Positions 1 through 10,839 are shown, counted from the stretch's first letter. The stretch is 64,000 nt of DNA from Nitrosopumilaceae archaeon (GCA_965214835.1 CBDCCK010000002.1:3136001-3200000), one strand, 5' to 3'. The notes: generated from the sequence alone by a model not told the origin. Made by a program: numbers and translations.

Positions 1-729
1 ATACGGCCTGGAGTTTATCAGCTCGATTCCGCAGTCGAGCAGCTCCTCCTCAAAGGCAGTGGGTCTCCACACGCCCCTGGGCGGACTCTTCTTTTTCTTT
101 GGATCCGAGCGCGCCCCGACAAAGCACTTGCCGTTGTCTGATAAAATGGTTGCAGGCGCGCCGAACTGGGCCACGGCCTGCTGCAGGACCGCCACGACGT
201 TCTCCGAGGTGGCCTCCCTGAACAGGCCCGCACCGGTCACGCACCTGGACGAATCGTCCAGAAACGTGACTAGATTGAGCCCTGCAAAGCGCGGATCCTT
301 CATAGTATGCCAGTCCACGTGCCACATGGCGTTGGAGTACCTGCGCTCAAAGCGGACGTATTTCCTAGGCTTTGATTTTGCAGGCGACGGCGTCACCAGC
401 CCGTGCTCACTCATTATCCTGTATACCTCGCAGTAGCTTATATCGTGTTGTCTTCGCAGCCTCCTGGCCGTATGGACAACGCCTGCTGCACTGTGCTTGT
501 GCTCCTCCAGAACGGCGCGCACGACATTGTCGGGAGCCGGGGCGTTCCTTTTTCTTCCCGGCCTGAGCGGCACGTGGTGCGCACCACCCGTCTTCCTGAA
601 CCGGGCGTACATCCGCTGGACGTGTCTTTTTGTGACGCCTATCTCGGTGGCCACCTCCGAGGGCCTTCGTCCCTTGGCACACTGCGTCACTGCATATCTG
701 ATCTGCTTTGCCTTGAGCCTTGCAACCAT
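1..729 (-). mobile_element. IS481-family transposase, 5' part (runs off left edge)
   Basis: Manual translation from ATG at 729: MVARLKAKQIRYAV...RFERRYSNAMWHVDWH...FLDDSSRCV...ILSDNGKCF...INSRPY; HTH plus rve motifs, frame open to the edge; homologous to 4296..5201. Confidence 0.85.
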
Positions 730-831
730 CGGTTTTCTTGATCGGTAAAGCCTAAAGTAATCCTTTGCAATCCTCTTCAAATTAGTGCGACCTAATTTTC
801 GTACAATAGACAGGATAATTTGCGATAACTA

Positions 832-1551
832 GTGCAAAAAGAGAGCTTTCCCGAGGCACAGGTCTTTGAGGTGGGAGGGGCGGAGCTGAAGAACCCGATA
901 ATATTTGCAGGATTCGTGGGTGCAGGGCTGGTGGGCCCGCTGGCAGTGGAACAGATAATCAGGGAGCTGGACATGCACGAGATAGGATACATGCGGTCAA
1001 AGTATCTGCCGCCGTCAACGGTGTTTCTCAAGGGACGGCTGCGGCATCCCTTCAGGTTCTATGCAAACAGGGAGGGCACGATCTGCGCGGTAATATGCGA
1101 GGTTACGCTAAGAATGGAGGGGCTGTACACGATAGTAGCCGAGGTTCTAGACTGGGCAAAGTCAAAGGACTCAAACGAGATAGTAATCCTGGACGGAGTG
1201 GCAAGTGATGAGCACGATGGCAGGGCATACTGCGCCGCAGAAGAGGATCTGTGCAGAGTCATGGCAGACAAGGATGTCAGCATGATCCCGCAAGGCTTCA
1301 TCACGGGGGTTCCGGGAGGAATCCTAAACGAGTGCCTTGTGCGGGAAATACGGGGGATTACGCTTCTAGTCAAGGCAGACAGGAGCCAGGCAGACCCGAT
1401 GGCCACAGTCACGCTAGTGGAGGCCGTAAACAGGATCTATGAGACGGATGTCGGCACGGCAGAGCTCAAAAAGGAGAAGATAGAGGAGTTTCATGAGCTG
1501 TCAGAAAGATACGCAGAGCACCGCGAAGAGCTGTCAGGAATGTACATGTAG
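832..1551 (+). CDS. PAC2-family proteasome assembly chaperone
   Basis: FAGFVGAGLVGPLA, RLRHPFRFY, GFITGVPGGILNEC motifs. Confidence 0.85.
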   Translation: MQKESFPEAQVFEVGGAELKNPIIFAGFVGAGLVGPLAVEQIIRELDMHEIGYMRSKYLPPSTVFLKGRLRHPFRFYANREGTICAVICEVTLRMEGLYTIVAEVLDWAKSKDSNEIVILDGVASDEHDGRAYCAAEEDLCRVMADKDVSMIPQGFITGVPGGILNECLVREIRGITLLVKADRSQADPMATVTLVEAVNRIYETDVGTAELKKEKIEEFHELSERYAEHREELSGMYM

Positions 1552-1587
1552 GCAAATTCTTTTATGCGCAGGGGGAGGGTCTTGATT

Positions 1588-2610
1588 ATGGCCCTATCCT
1601 ACAAAAAGGCAGGCGTGGATGTCTTGAAGATCAAGGACAGTCAGGCCGCAATAGGCAGGCTGATCGGGTCGACTCACAAGCTGCAAAAGATGGCAAGGAT
1701 AAGGCACGGCTTTGGACACTATGCGGGAATCGTGGAGGTTCCAGGCAGGATGTCGCTTGCAACGCACACCGACGGGGTCGGAACAAAGGTCTTGATTGCA
1801 AGCGCCATGAAAAAGTACGATACCGTCGGCATAGACTGCGTGGCAATGAACGTAAACGACATCATCTGCACAGGGGCCACCCCGATTGCGTTTGTCGACT
1901 ATATTGCTGCAAACAGAAACGATCAGGGGATTTTTACGCAGATTGTCAGGGGGCTAGTCGCAGGCGCAAAAAAAGCCAGGGTGCCAATCGTGGGGGGGGA
2001 AACGGCAGTGATGCCGGATCTCATTGCCGGAAGGGGATTCTCCTTTGATCTGGCAGGCACGGTTACAGGATACGTAGACAGGAAAAAAATGATCCTGGGG
2101 GGGTCGATAAGGCCGGGCGACGTGATCGTGGGGGCAAGGAGCACGGGACTGCACTCAAACGGATACTCGCTGGCAAGGGCCGCACTTTTGGAAAAGTACT
2201 CGGTAAGGGACAGGGTAAGGGGGGTCGGAGGCATAGGTTCGGCACTGCTGAGGCCCACTGAGATCTACGTACGGCCGGTTCTAGAGATCGTAGACAGGTG
2301 CAAGGTAAGCGGGCTGGCCCACATTACCGGAGGCTCGTTTACCAAGCTGCTGAGGCTCAAAAACATCGGCTATGAGATCGACTCGCTACCAAAAGCCCCC
2401 CCCATAATGAGGCTGATTGCAGATCAGGGGGTCAGGGACGAGGAGATGTACAGGACATTCAACATGGGGGTTGGATTCTGCGTCATCGCCCCAGGAGATC
2501 AGGCCTCAAAGATACAGTCGGTATTCAAAAAACACAAGATCCAGAGCCAGGAGATCGGCAGAATAGTCCCAAGGAGGGGGGTTACGGTAAACTCTCAAAG
2601 GATCGCATGA
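1588..2610 (+). CDS. purM: Phosphoribosylformylglycinamidine cyclo-ligase
   Basis: YKKAGVD, TDGVGTK, GGETA, GLHSNGYSL, HITGG, RTFNMGVG. Confidence 0.97.
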   Translation: MALSYKKAGVDVLKIKDSQAAIGRLIGSTHKLQKMARIRHGFGHYAGIVEVPGRMSLATHTDGVGTKVLIASAMKKYDTVGIDCVAMNVNDIICTGATPIAFVDYIAANRNDQGIFTQIVRGLVAGAKKARVPIVGGETAVMPDLIAGRGFSFDLAGTVTGYVDRKKMILGGSIRPGDVIVGARSTGLHSNGYSLARAALLEKYSVRDRVRGVGGIGSALLRPTEIYVRPVLEIVDRCKVSGLAHITGGSFTKLLRLKNIGYEIDSLPKAPPIMRLIADQGVRDEEMYRTFNMGVGFCVIAPGDQASKIQSVFKKHKIQSQEIGRIVPRRGVTVNSQRIA

Positions 2611-2687
2611 TCAGTCATGCAAAAAACATGCCATTTTTGACATGTAATCGCCTTATATTGCCCAATTCTTGAGGATAATAGGTAGAA

Positions 2688-3998
2688 TTGGCAGCAGAGG
2701 CGCACTTTATCCAGATTATAATCGGGGTCGGAATCCTGCTGTTTGCAGCCAAGCTCATGGCAGAGCTGTTCCTCAGACTAAAGCTGCCAATCGTCTTGGG
2801 CGAGCTTTTGGCCGGCATGATCGTAGGGCCGTTTGCACTAGGGGCGTTTTTGACATGGGATGGGGAACATCTGCTGAAGATAGGTCCGGAGATCAAGACC
2901 CTAGGCGAGATGGGGGCAATAGTAATTTTGTTTATGGCTGGACTCGAGATGACGCCGCGGGAGTTCCTAAAGGGCGGAAAGGCGTCGTTTACCGTGGGCA
3001 CGCTTGGCGTGGTCGTCCCGTTCTTTGCGGGACTGATGGCGTTCATGGCGTTCGGATACGACGCGCTACAGTCCATGATGATTGCCACTGCGCTGACTGC
3101 GACAAGCATCGCAATCTCAATCCAGGTCCTAAACGAGTTTGGAAAGATAAAGACCCCGGAGGCCAGGCTGATTATAGGGGCGGCAGTCGTAGATGACATC
3201 CTGGCCATAGCGGTGCTCTCGGTGGTATCGTCGATTGCCGCGGACGGGCAGGGGGTGGAGAACATAGACATCACCGAGGTCGTAATCACAATACTGCAAG
3301 TACTGGGTTTCTTTGCTGCAATGCTGATTGCGGCGGTGTTTTTGGTGCCAAAGTTCATCACGCCGAGAATATGGAAGGCAAAGGGGAGCGTCGAGGGAAT
3401 AGCGACTGCGGTGTTCTTTGGCGCGGCAGCCCTTGCAGGCTCGCTAGGGCTGTCTCCGATCGTAGGGGCGTTTGCAGTCGGCATGGCCCTGTCCACCACC
3501 AAGGTCTTTGACAAGGTAGAAAACTACATTGGAAAGGTGGGCCTGATTTTTGCTCCGTTGTTCTTTGCGATTATCGGCGCTCAGGTGGACTTTAGGACGG
3601 TGGACTTGAACATACTGACACTGAGCGGAATTGTCATCGTCATTGCAATAGTCACCAAGCTGTTCGGATGCGGACTGCCGGCAGCACTGTTCCTCAAAAA
3701 CAAGGCGCAGGGAATGCGGGTCGGCATAGGAATGATTTCAAGGGGGGAGGTGGGCCTGATCGTGGCAGGGGTCGGCGTCTCGCTCAGCATCCTCGAGACA
3801 GACGTCTACTCCACAATAGTCCTCATGGTGGCAGTCACCACAATCATCACGCCAATCTGGTTGAAGATGGAGTACAGAAAGGAGATGCATCACCGTGGAG
3901 ACGATCTGCCGGCCGCCAGGCAGGATTCAGGGGACGGCGACGATCCCACGAGCACAGAGACATCCCACGAGCCGCACCGGGCAGATCACAGGGCATAG
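2688..3998 (+). CDS. Cation:proton antiporter (CPA2/Kef-type)
   Basis: Many TM helices; LFMAGLE, ATSIAIS, GAAVVDD, MISRGEVGL. Confidence 0.92.
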   Translation: MAAEAHFIQIIIGVGILLFAAKLMAELFLRLKLPIVLGELLAGMIVGPFALGAFLTWDGEHLLKIGPEIKTLGEMGAIVILFMAGLEMTPREFLKGGKASFTVGTLGVVVPFFAGLMAFMAFGYDALQSMMIATALTATSIAISIQVLNEFGKIKTPEARLIIGAAVVDDILAIAVLSVVSSIAADGQGVENIDITEVVITILQVLGFFAAMLIAAVFLVPKFITPRIWKAKGSVEGIATAVFFGAAALAGSLGLSPIVGAFAVGMALSTTKVFDKVENYIGKVGLIFAPLFFAIIGAQVDFRTVDLNILTLSGIVIVIAIVTKLFGCGLPAALFLKNKAQGMRVGIGMISRGEVGLIVAGVGVSLSILETDVYSTIVLMVAVTTIITPIWLKMEYRKEMHHRGDDLPAARQDSGDGDDPTSTETSHEPHRADHRA

Positions 3999-4089
3999 AG
4001 TCAGGCCGGTGCCAAAAGCCCAGTCAAAAGACGGAGTGGACTTTGGCCCGAGCGGCGGGCAGTAGAACCTAAGGTGCCGCTAGAAGGGC

Positions 4090-5230
4090 TCTATAATCCA
4101 AAAAGTAGTTCACCCCTTCTCCGAGGGTCAAGTCGGTAAGGATCAGATGCACGGGCCTCATGCATGCCACTGGAAACAGGGGTGTGTGGGTCGCGCAAAA
4201 GGGCCTGGTAAATACGTCAGTCTTGCACGCCCCAACAACATGAAGCTAAAAAGTCAGGCGTACGGTGGATAGTACGCCAAAAGCAAAAGGGGGACATGAC
4301 AAACGCCCAGATAGCCGAATCCATGAACGTCTCGGTCCGCGGGATACAGAAACTGTGGGCCCGGCACAGGTCAGGCACCGTACAGGACATATCGCACCCC
4401 GCACGGATGGGAAGGCCCCAGAACGGCATGCCCGGGCGCAGGGAGCACTCGGCGGTCCTCTCGGTGCGGCCCTCCGAGCACCCGGGTGCGGCATCACTGC
4501 AGGATCTCACAAGGGAGAATACCGAGATTAATATCCCGCGACATACACTGCACGGCATGCTAAAGGACGAGGGGATGGCCAGAGACGAGCCCAACGGGCG
4601 CAGAAAACGCAGGTGGCTGCGCTGGGAGATGGAGTATTCCAACTCCATGTGGCACACCGACTGGAAGCAGATACACGGCGGAATGCACGACGGCAGGTGG
4701 TTTTTGTGCTACGAGGACGACGCATCCCGGTTCGTGACCGGATACGGCATATTTGACAACGCGACTGCAGAAAACGCCCTCAAGGTGCTCGATGAGGCCA
4801 TGCAGAACCACGGCAGACCTGCCTCCATAATGACGGACCACGGGAGCCAGTTTTACGCAAACGAACAGGGTGCAAGGAAGGGGCGCAGCAGGTTCGAGGA
4901 GAGCCTGGAGGCCCTAGGCATACGGCAGGTTCTTGCCGGGGTGCGCCACCCGCAGACAAACGGCAAGGTAGAGAGGCTGCACGGCGAGATACAGCGCAAG
5001 CTGCACGAGTTTGAGGATATCATGATGAGAACAAGCGATCCCATGGATCTGTTCATGAAATGGTACAACTACGACAGGCCCCACATGTCCCTTGACCGGG
5101 AGAACCGGGAGACGCCCGCGCAGGCATATGAGCGCAAGATGCCCCCTGCGGGCGAAACGGTCATAGATGGGCAGACCGGGGAGGAATATCATGTCAGATA
5201 GTGGGGGTGAACTACTTTTCGGATCCCACA
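4090..5230 (+). mobile_element. IS481-family insertion sequence
   Basis: Inverted repeats atccaaaaagtagttcacccc (4096-4116) / ggggtgaactacttttcggat (5204-5224); right end terminates ACA (5230). Confidence 0.85.
4296..5201 (+). CDS. IS481-family transposase
   Basis: WHTDWK, EDDASRF, MTDHGSQF, PQTNGKVERLH, YNYDRPHMSL; true start may be ATG 4240 via a 1-nt shift. Confidence 0.92.
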   Translation: MTNAQIAESMNVSVRGIQKLWARHRSGTVQDISHPARMGRPQNGMPGRREHSAVLSVRPSEHPGAASLQDLTRENTEINIPRHTLHGMLKDEGMARDEPNGRRKRRWLRWEMEYSNSMWHTDWKQIHGGMHDGRWFLCYEDDASRFVTGYGIFDNATAENALKVLDEAMQNHGRPASIMTDHGSQFYANEQGARKGRSRFEESLEALGIRQVLAGVRHPQTNGKVERLHGEIQRKLHEFEDIMMRTSDPMDLFMKWYNYDRPHMSLDRENRETPAQAYERKMPPAGETVIDGQTGEEYHVR

Positions 5231-5303
5231 TGTCGCGTATTGCCGCGCAATGCCTAAATCAGGCGTGTCGAGTTCAATTATTGGAACGCAAAAAGGATCC
5301 AAT

Positions 5304-5429
5304 ATGGTGGCGGTACCAGCAGTTCTGATTGCGATTCGGCCAGCATTAGTCTGGATCGGGCGGGCTCTGATCCACGGCCTCGTAAGCACCCCGATGAACC
5401 CGGAAGGCAGGCTTGAAACTCAGATTTAG
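5304..5429 (+). CDS. Putative 41-aa hydrophobic/amphipathic peptide
   Basis: MVAVPAVLIAIRPALVWIGRALIHGLVSTPMNPEGRLETQI in an intergenic gap; not in ORF track. Confidence 0.35.
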   Translation: MVAVPAVLIAIRPALVWIGRALIHGLVSTPMNPEGRLETQI

Positions 5430-5568
5430 TGGGGTTTTACAGCCTGAGCGCTACAAGCCCGGAACAATTCGGATTATGCTGCCTGCAGATCTGTGCGGCC
5501 ACGAGCAGGGCATGTCTGAAGCCCGCCCTGTTTGAAAGAATTTATTCCAGACAGGCTGCTAGGCATCA

Positions 5569-7155
5569 ATGTCTCAGTCCGGTACTGACTTTGAGAGGGC
5601 GTGCAGTGAAATTACGCAGAATCTGCTCCAGGTTGAAAACCCCTCAAGAAGGGCAGTCAAGGCAGAGATTAGAAAAGTCTGCTCCAAGTATTCGCTTGAG
5701 AGAATCCCAAAAAACCACGAGGTTTTGGCCAGGGCTTCAGGGGAGGATTTTGCAAGACTGAGGGCAGTCCTCCTAAAGAAGCCCGTGAAGACGGCATCAG
5801 GGGTGGCAGTTGTCGCACTGATGCCCAAGCCGTACGCATGCCCACATGGAAGGTGCTCGTACTGTCCGGGAGGAGTGGAGTTCAATACCCCGAACAGCTA
5901 CACAGGCAGGGAGCCCTCAACAGTCAACGCCATTGAAAATCAGTACGATCCAAAAGCACAGATCACATCAAAGATAGACAAGCTGGTGGCATACGGACAC
6001 GATCCTGCAAAGCTAGAGCTGGTCGTCGTGGGAGGCACGTTTCTGTTTATGCCAAGAGACTACAGGACCGAGTTCGTCAAGTCGTGCTACGATGCGCTAA
6101 ACGGGTTTGACTCTGAGACGCTGGAGGATGCAAAGGCGGCAAACGAGCACGCAGAGATTCGAAACGTGGGATTCACCCTGGAGACAAAGCCGGACTATTG
6201 CAAGGCAGAGCACGTCGATGACATGCTGGGGTACGGGGTAACTAGGGTGGAGATCGGGGTCCAGAGCCTGCAGGAGAGGGTTTACGATATTGTAAACCGC
6301 GGTCATGGTTTTGGCGACGTAGTGGAGTCATTTCAGATTGCAAAGGATTCAGGATACAAGATCGTGGCACACATGATGCCGGGACTTCCAACGATGTCCC
6401 CGCAGCAGGACATCGATGACTTTGAGAGGCTGTTTAATGATCCCCTGCTAAAGCCAGACATGCTGAAGATTTACCCGTCGCTGGTCTTGGCCGGCACGCC
6501 AATGTATGACGACTACAGATCAGGAGGCTACAGGCCGTACTCAGACGAAGACATGATCCGGGTTTTAACCGAGGTAAAAAAGATGACCCCCCGCTGGGTC
6601 AGAATCATGAGGGTTCAAAGGGAGATCTCCCCAGACGAGATTCTGGCAGGGCCCAAGTCGGGAAACCTGAGGCAGATGGTTCACAAAAGCCTGCACAGTG
6701 AGGGCCTGTCATGCAGGTGCATCAGGTGCAGGGAGGCGGGCCTGGCAGGCGAGCAGACCAATCCCGGTGAGCTGAAGATGAACAAGATAGGCTACGAGTC
6801 GTCCGGTGGAGAGGAGGTCTTTTTGTCATATGATGACGCAAAAGACAGGATCTACGGGTTTTTGAGATTAAGAAGTCCCAGTCAAAAGGCACACAGGGAC
6901 GAGATAACAGAAAAATCAACCATAGTCAGAGAGCTACACGTGTACGGAAGGTCGCTGCGGCCGGGCAGGCGGGACAGGGGCGGCATACAGCATATCGGCC
7001 TAGGCAGGAGCTTGATGAGCGAGGCCGAAAGGATATCAAGGGAGGAGCTGGATGCAGACAAGATGCTCGTAATCAGCGCCGTGGGGACAAGGGAGTACTA
7101 TCAAAGGCTGGGATATGCGCTGGAAGGCCCATATATGGCCAAATGCCTGGAGTAA
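5569..7155 (+). CDS. elp3: Elp3 tRNA U34 acetyltransferase (radical SAM + GNAT)
   Basis: CPHGRCSYCPGG, ETKPD, LKIYP, CRCIRCRE, VRELHVYG, ISAVGTREYY. Confidence 0.96.
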   Translation: MSQSGTDFERACSEITQNLLQVENPSRRAVKAEIRKVCSKYSLERIPKNHEVLARASGEDFARLRAVLLKKPVKTASGVAVVALMPKPYACPHGRCSYCPGGVEFNTPNSYTGREPSTVNAIENQYDPKAQITSKIDKLVAYGHDPAKLELVVVGGTFLFMPRDYRTEFVKSCYDALNGFDSETLEDAKAANEHAEIRNVGFTLETKPDYCKAEHVDDMLGYGVTRVEIGVQSLQERVYDIVNRGHGFGDVVESFQIAKDSGYKIVAHMMPGLPTMSPQQDIDDFERLFNDPLLKPDMLKIYPSLVLAGTPMYDDYRSGGYRPYSDEDMIRVLTEVKKMTPRWVRIMRVQREISPDEILAGPKSGNLRQMVHKSLHSEGLSCRCIRCREAGLAGEQTNPGELKMNKIGYESSGGEEVFLSYDDAKDRIYGFLRLRSPSQKAHRDEITEKSTIVRELHVYGRSLRPGRRDRGGIQHIGLGRSLMSEAERISREELDADKMLVISAVGTREYYQRLGYALEGPYMAKCLE

Positions 7156-7159
7156 AAGG

Positions 7160-8746
7160 ATGTCAGGGCAGGAAATCATTGGAAGGGGCACCTGGATAGA
7201 CAAGCTGGCCCACGAGATGGTGCAGCGGGAGAGGGATCTGGGGAGAAGCCTAGATCTGCTAAGGGTAGAGAGCGGGCTGGGGGCATCTGGAATCCCACAT
7301 ATCGGCAGCCTCGGGGATGCAGTCAGGGCGTTTGGGGTAAAGCTTGCATTGGAGGACATGGGCTACCGGTCGGAGCTGATCGCCTACTCGGACGACCTGG
7401 ACGGCCTGAGGAAGATACCGGAGGGATTCCCAGATTCGCTGGAGGAGCACATTGCAAAGCCGGTCTCCATGATTCCGGATCCCTACGGGTGCCATGACTC
7501 GTACGGCATGCACATGAGCAGCCTGCTCCTGGAGGGACTGGACAGGATGGGAGTCAAGTACAGGTTTCAAAGGGCGCTGGACACGTACAGGCAGGGCCTG
7601 CTCAAGGATCAGATCCATGAAATCCTGGTAAACAGAAAGAGAATCGGGGACCAAATCTCAGAGATGGTCGGGCAGGAAAAATACCAGAGATACCTGCCAT
7701 ACTATCCTGTGTGTGCAGGCTGTGGGAGGCTCTATACTGCAAAAGCCTACGACTATGCCGAGGACGACAGGAGGGTGATGTACCGGTGCTGCGATACCGA
7801 GATAGGCTCAAGGATCATAAAAGGCTGCAGCCACGAGGGCGAGGCAGACATTGCAAGGGATCTGGGAAAGATGGCGTGGAAGGTGGAGTTTGCGGCAAGG
7901 TGGAAGGCATTTGATGTCAGGTTTGAGGCATACGGAAAGGACATCATGGACTCTGTAAGGGTAAACGACTGGGTTGCAGGCGAGGTTCTGGGATTCCCGC
8001 ATCCCCACCACGTAAGGTACGAGATGTTCCTAGACAGGGAAGGGAAAAAGATTTCAAAGTCGTCGGGAAACGTGGTGACTGCGCAGAGATGGCTCAGGTA
8101 CGGCTCTCCAAAATCTGTATTGCTCCTGCTATACAAGAGAATCACGGGTGCAAGGGAGCTGGGGTTTGAGGACATTCCCTCGCTGATGGACGAGTACAAC
8201 GAGCTGGAGGATGTCTACTTTGGACGCATCAGGATCGACAACCGGGCAAGGCTGGCAAGGTCAAGGGGACTGTACGAGTATGTCAACCTGCTAAACCCGC
8301 CAGAGTCAGCAGATCCCCACGTAAGCTACAGGCTGCTGACTGAGCTCTCAAAAATCTTCAGGGAGGACAGGGCGTCCAGGGTGATGAAAAGGCTGATCGA
8401 CTACGGGGCAGTGAGGGAGGAAAGCCGGCATGTCATGGGACTGATTGAGCTTGCCGGAAACTATGCAGACGACTTTGGGGACGAGAGACCGGAGGTTCAG
8501 ATCGAGGGTGGCGTAAAGACGGCACTGGGGGAGCTGGCCGAAATCCTTTCTGGCCCCGATGATCCCGAGGACGTGCAGAACTCAATTTACCGGACTGCCA
8601 AAGGAAACGGCGTTGCCCCAAGGGATCTTTTCAGGGCGCTTTACCAGATAATCCTCGGAACAGACAGGGGTCCAAAAATCGGTCCGTTCATCTCAGATAT
8701 GGGGCGCCTGAAGGTGGGACGGATGATCCAGGCCCGCTTGGAGTGA
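7160..8746 (+). CDS. lysS: Class I lysyl-tRNA synthetase
   Basis: SGIPHIGS (HIGH), DDLDGLRKIP, KISKSSGN (KMSKS), GPKIG. Confidence 0.96.
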   Translation: MSGQEIIGRGTWIDKLAHEMVQRERDLGRSLDLLRVESGLGASGIPHIGSLGDAVRAFGVKLALEDMGYRSELIAYSDDLDGLRKIPEGFPDSLEEHIAKPVSMIPDPYGCHDSYGMHMSSLLLEGLDRMGVKYRFQRALDTYRQGLLKDQIHEILVNRKRIGDQISEMVGQEKYQRYLPYYPVCAGCGRLYTAKAYDYAEDDRRVMYRCCDTEIGSRIIKGCSHEGEADIARDLGKMAWKVEFAARWKAFDVRFEAYGKDIMDSVRVNDWVAGEVLGFPHPHHVRYEMFLDREGKKISKSSGNVVTAQRWLRYGSPKSVLLLLYKRITGARELGFEDIPSLMDEYNELEDVYFGRIRIDNRARLARSRGLYEYVNLLNPPESADPHVSYRLLTELSKIFREDRASRVMKRLIDYGAVREESRHVMGLIELAGNYADDFGDERPEVQIEGGVKTALGELAEILSGPDDPEDVQNSIYRTAKGNGVAPRDLFRALYQIILGTDRGPKIGPFISDMGRLKVGRMIQARLE

Positions 8747-8748
8747 CC

Positions 8749-8949
8749 ATGGCGCACGACCAGCACAACAGGGGAAGGAGGAACGGGGGGTTCTTTTTGA
8801 TACTGCTAGGGGCCCTGATCTTCATAACTGCGCCGATTTACCTGCAGGATAATCCGGAGCTTGGCATGACTGCCATAGTTTTCGGCTTTATAGTGGGGGG
8901 GATAGGGTTTTACGTCAAGTTTGTCAAGAACAGGGTAAAGGTCGGATAG
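8749..8949 (+). CDS. Small two-TM membrane protein
   Basis: Two hydrophobic segments; abuts lysS and the next gene. Confidence 0.75.
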   Translation: MAHDQHNRGRRNGGFFLILLGALIFITAPIYLQDNPELGMTAIVFGFIVGGIGFYVKFVKNRVKVG

Positions 8950-9707
8950 TGGTTTTTTTGGGATTGTTTAGCAGGAAAAAACACGAGGAGCACGTCGAGG
9001 AGACAGTCGGGAGGGAGGACACATCAAGGCAGGACGAGCTTGATGAAAAACTCAGGGACCTAGAGGAGAGGATCTCCTCAAAAACCCAGGAATTAGACTC
9101 CCTGGCAGCCAAGCTAGGCCAGGTCAAAGCAGAGTACGATGCGGCAGTTTCAAGCCTGATGTCAGTCAAAAAAGAGGCCAACGAGGAAAAAAGCCACATC
9201 GTTTCGTTGGAGAGGCAGCAAAGAGTGGCCAGGACAAGGATTGAAGACCTAGAAAAGGAATACAGGCAGGCAAAGGCAAAGTTTGGAGACATAGAAAAGG
9301 CAAAGTCGCAGCTAGAGCAGATCAACAGGGACATCAAGCACGGTAGGGAGCAGTATGGTAGGATTCAAAAAAACATTGCAGACGCACAGGCAAGACTCAA
9401 CGAAACCAGCGTAAGAAGGATAGAGGCCGAGGATCAGTACCAGGAGATCATGAAAAAAATAGACGTGGCATCAGTGGAGCTGGCAAAGAGGGCCGGGGAG
9501 GTGCCAGAACCGGAAGAAAAGGCATCCAATGCACAGGAGGATGCCCCAAAGAGCGTCGTGGAGGCTGCAAGTGCGGTAGTGGCATCAATGAAGACAAAGC
9601 TGAGCATTGCAGAAAAGGAGCTGGAGGCAGTCAGAAGGCTGCTGGAAAAGGAAAGGGAGGATCATGAAAGGACAAAAAAGGAGCTGGAAAGGCTGGGCAG
9701 GCGGTGA
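8949..9707 (+). CDS. Coiled-coil hypothetical protein
   Basis: E/K/R-rich heptads; GLFSRKK N-terminus; coupled to upstream ORF. Confidence 0.8.
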   Translation: MVFLGLFSRKKHEEHVEETVGREDTSRQDELDEKLRDLEERISSKTQELDSLAAKLGQVKAEYDAAVSSLMSVKKEANEEKSHIVSLERQQRVARTRIEDLEKEYRQAKAKFGDIEKAKSQLEQINRDIKHGREQYGRIQKNIADAQARLNETSVRRIEAEDQYQEIMKKIDVASVELAKRAGEVPEPEEKASNAQEDAPKSVVEAASAVVASMKTKLSIAEKELEAVRRLLEKEREDHERTKKELERLGRR

Positions 9708-9711
9708 TCCG

Positions 9712-9734
9712 GCCGTGTGCCGGTGCCGCACACG
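9712..9734 (+). terminator. GC hairpin after the elp3-lysS operon
   Basis: ccgtgtgc-N7-gcacacgg 8-bp stem just after stop 9707; no U-tract. Confidence 0.3.
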
Positions 9735-9959
9735 GTTGTATGATAAAGGATGCCTGTCGGACGGCATCTTGTGATCCAGGACACCCAAGGCATGTCTTAT
9801 GTAGACCAGTCCATCTACCTGCCACGGTGGAAATCCTGCCGGGTTCCACAGGTGAGTATATGCAAAGCGCCAGTATTGCCACAGGCAGCAAGAGTGGCCG
9901 TGTCCTAGCAGGCGCCCCGTGCGAAAAGCGACATGCCCGGGGCCAAGCACGGGCCACCA

Positions 9960-10390
9960 TCCATCCGTCAGACAAATAGCGGTTTTGAAGGAACAGGATG
10001 CCTTGCCGTCCTGCATGTAAGAAACGCAACCCAAAAGAAAACCATCGATCCAAAGCTAGGGCATGGACATACCAAGTCATCGGCCTTCCGGAATCGGTGC
10101 GTGGTCTACGCACACCATACTCCAAAAGCCAAAGAACATGGGGGCATGCCCTGATCAAGCAGGTAAGGCACGGGGTTCTTTCCTTGGATTCGGTGGGTTA
10201 TGGCTTGCAGAACCCTTTTTTGCAGCAGCCCGACGGATGGCGCGAGCTGCCACCTGCCGAGCCATGCATCCAAGTACCAGCAGGCTCGACAATGAAAGTC
10301 ACAGCTGGGAAGGTGCCGGGATGCCAGATTTTGTGTGCTCTTCGGATTGCGCAGGTCATTCCAGTACAGGAGGCAAAGATGCAAGATTGA
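9960..10390 (+). pseudogene. Degenerate IS5-family transposase remnant
   Basis: Fragments GLRTPYSKS and SLDSVGYGL resemble GLSRTLSKS and GDSTGFGL of the transposase at 62596..63507. Confidence 0.55.
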
Positions 10391-10398
10391 AAAACAGC

Positions 10399-10839
10399 CT
10401 AGCCAGACAGCAGTCTTTTCATCCAGACTTTGCGGATTTGATCCTCGGACATTCCCAGATCATAAAGAGGGGATGTCACCTCGCTGGCTTGATCAACTGA
10501 GACCAGCACTATATCCAGGATGTCGCTTTGTATGCCCAGCTGGTGGTAAAAGGACAGAATTTTCTCATACAATCCGCCCTTTTCCAGTACATGCCCCACC
10601 CCCCTGAACCGGTATCCCCGGCGTGACAGGGGATCAACCACGTTGATTTCCAGCTGGGGGTTGGACTGCAGGTTGGCCACGGTCTGTGGGGAGCGGATGT
10701 TTGCAAAGACCAGGTGGTCCTCGTCCCAGGCAAAGACGGTTCCCTTGGGCGACAGGTTGGGGGATCCATCGGCAGATACGGTTGCAACATACCCAAGTCT
10801 TTGCTTCAAAAGAAAGTCCCTGACGGCGTCAGCAAGCAT
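10399..10839 (-). CDS. Pyridoxamine 5'-phosphate oxidase-like FMN-binding protein
   Basis: YVATVSADGSPNLSPKG, TVANLQSNP, GYRFRG. Confidence 0.9.
   Translation of the reverse strand: MLADAVRDFLLKQRLGYVATVSADGSPNLSPKGTVFAWDEDHLVFANIRSPQTVANLQSNPQLEINVVDPLSRRGYRFRGVGHVLEKGGLYEKILSFYHQLGIQSDILDIVLVSVDQASEVTSPLYDLGMSEDQIRKVWMKRLLSG

Noticed and set aside
4000-4230. Structured ncRNA or tRNA
   Set aside because: No cloverleaf or recognisable RNA motif; largely the IS481 left end
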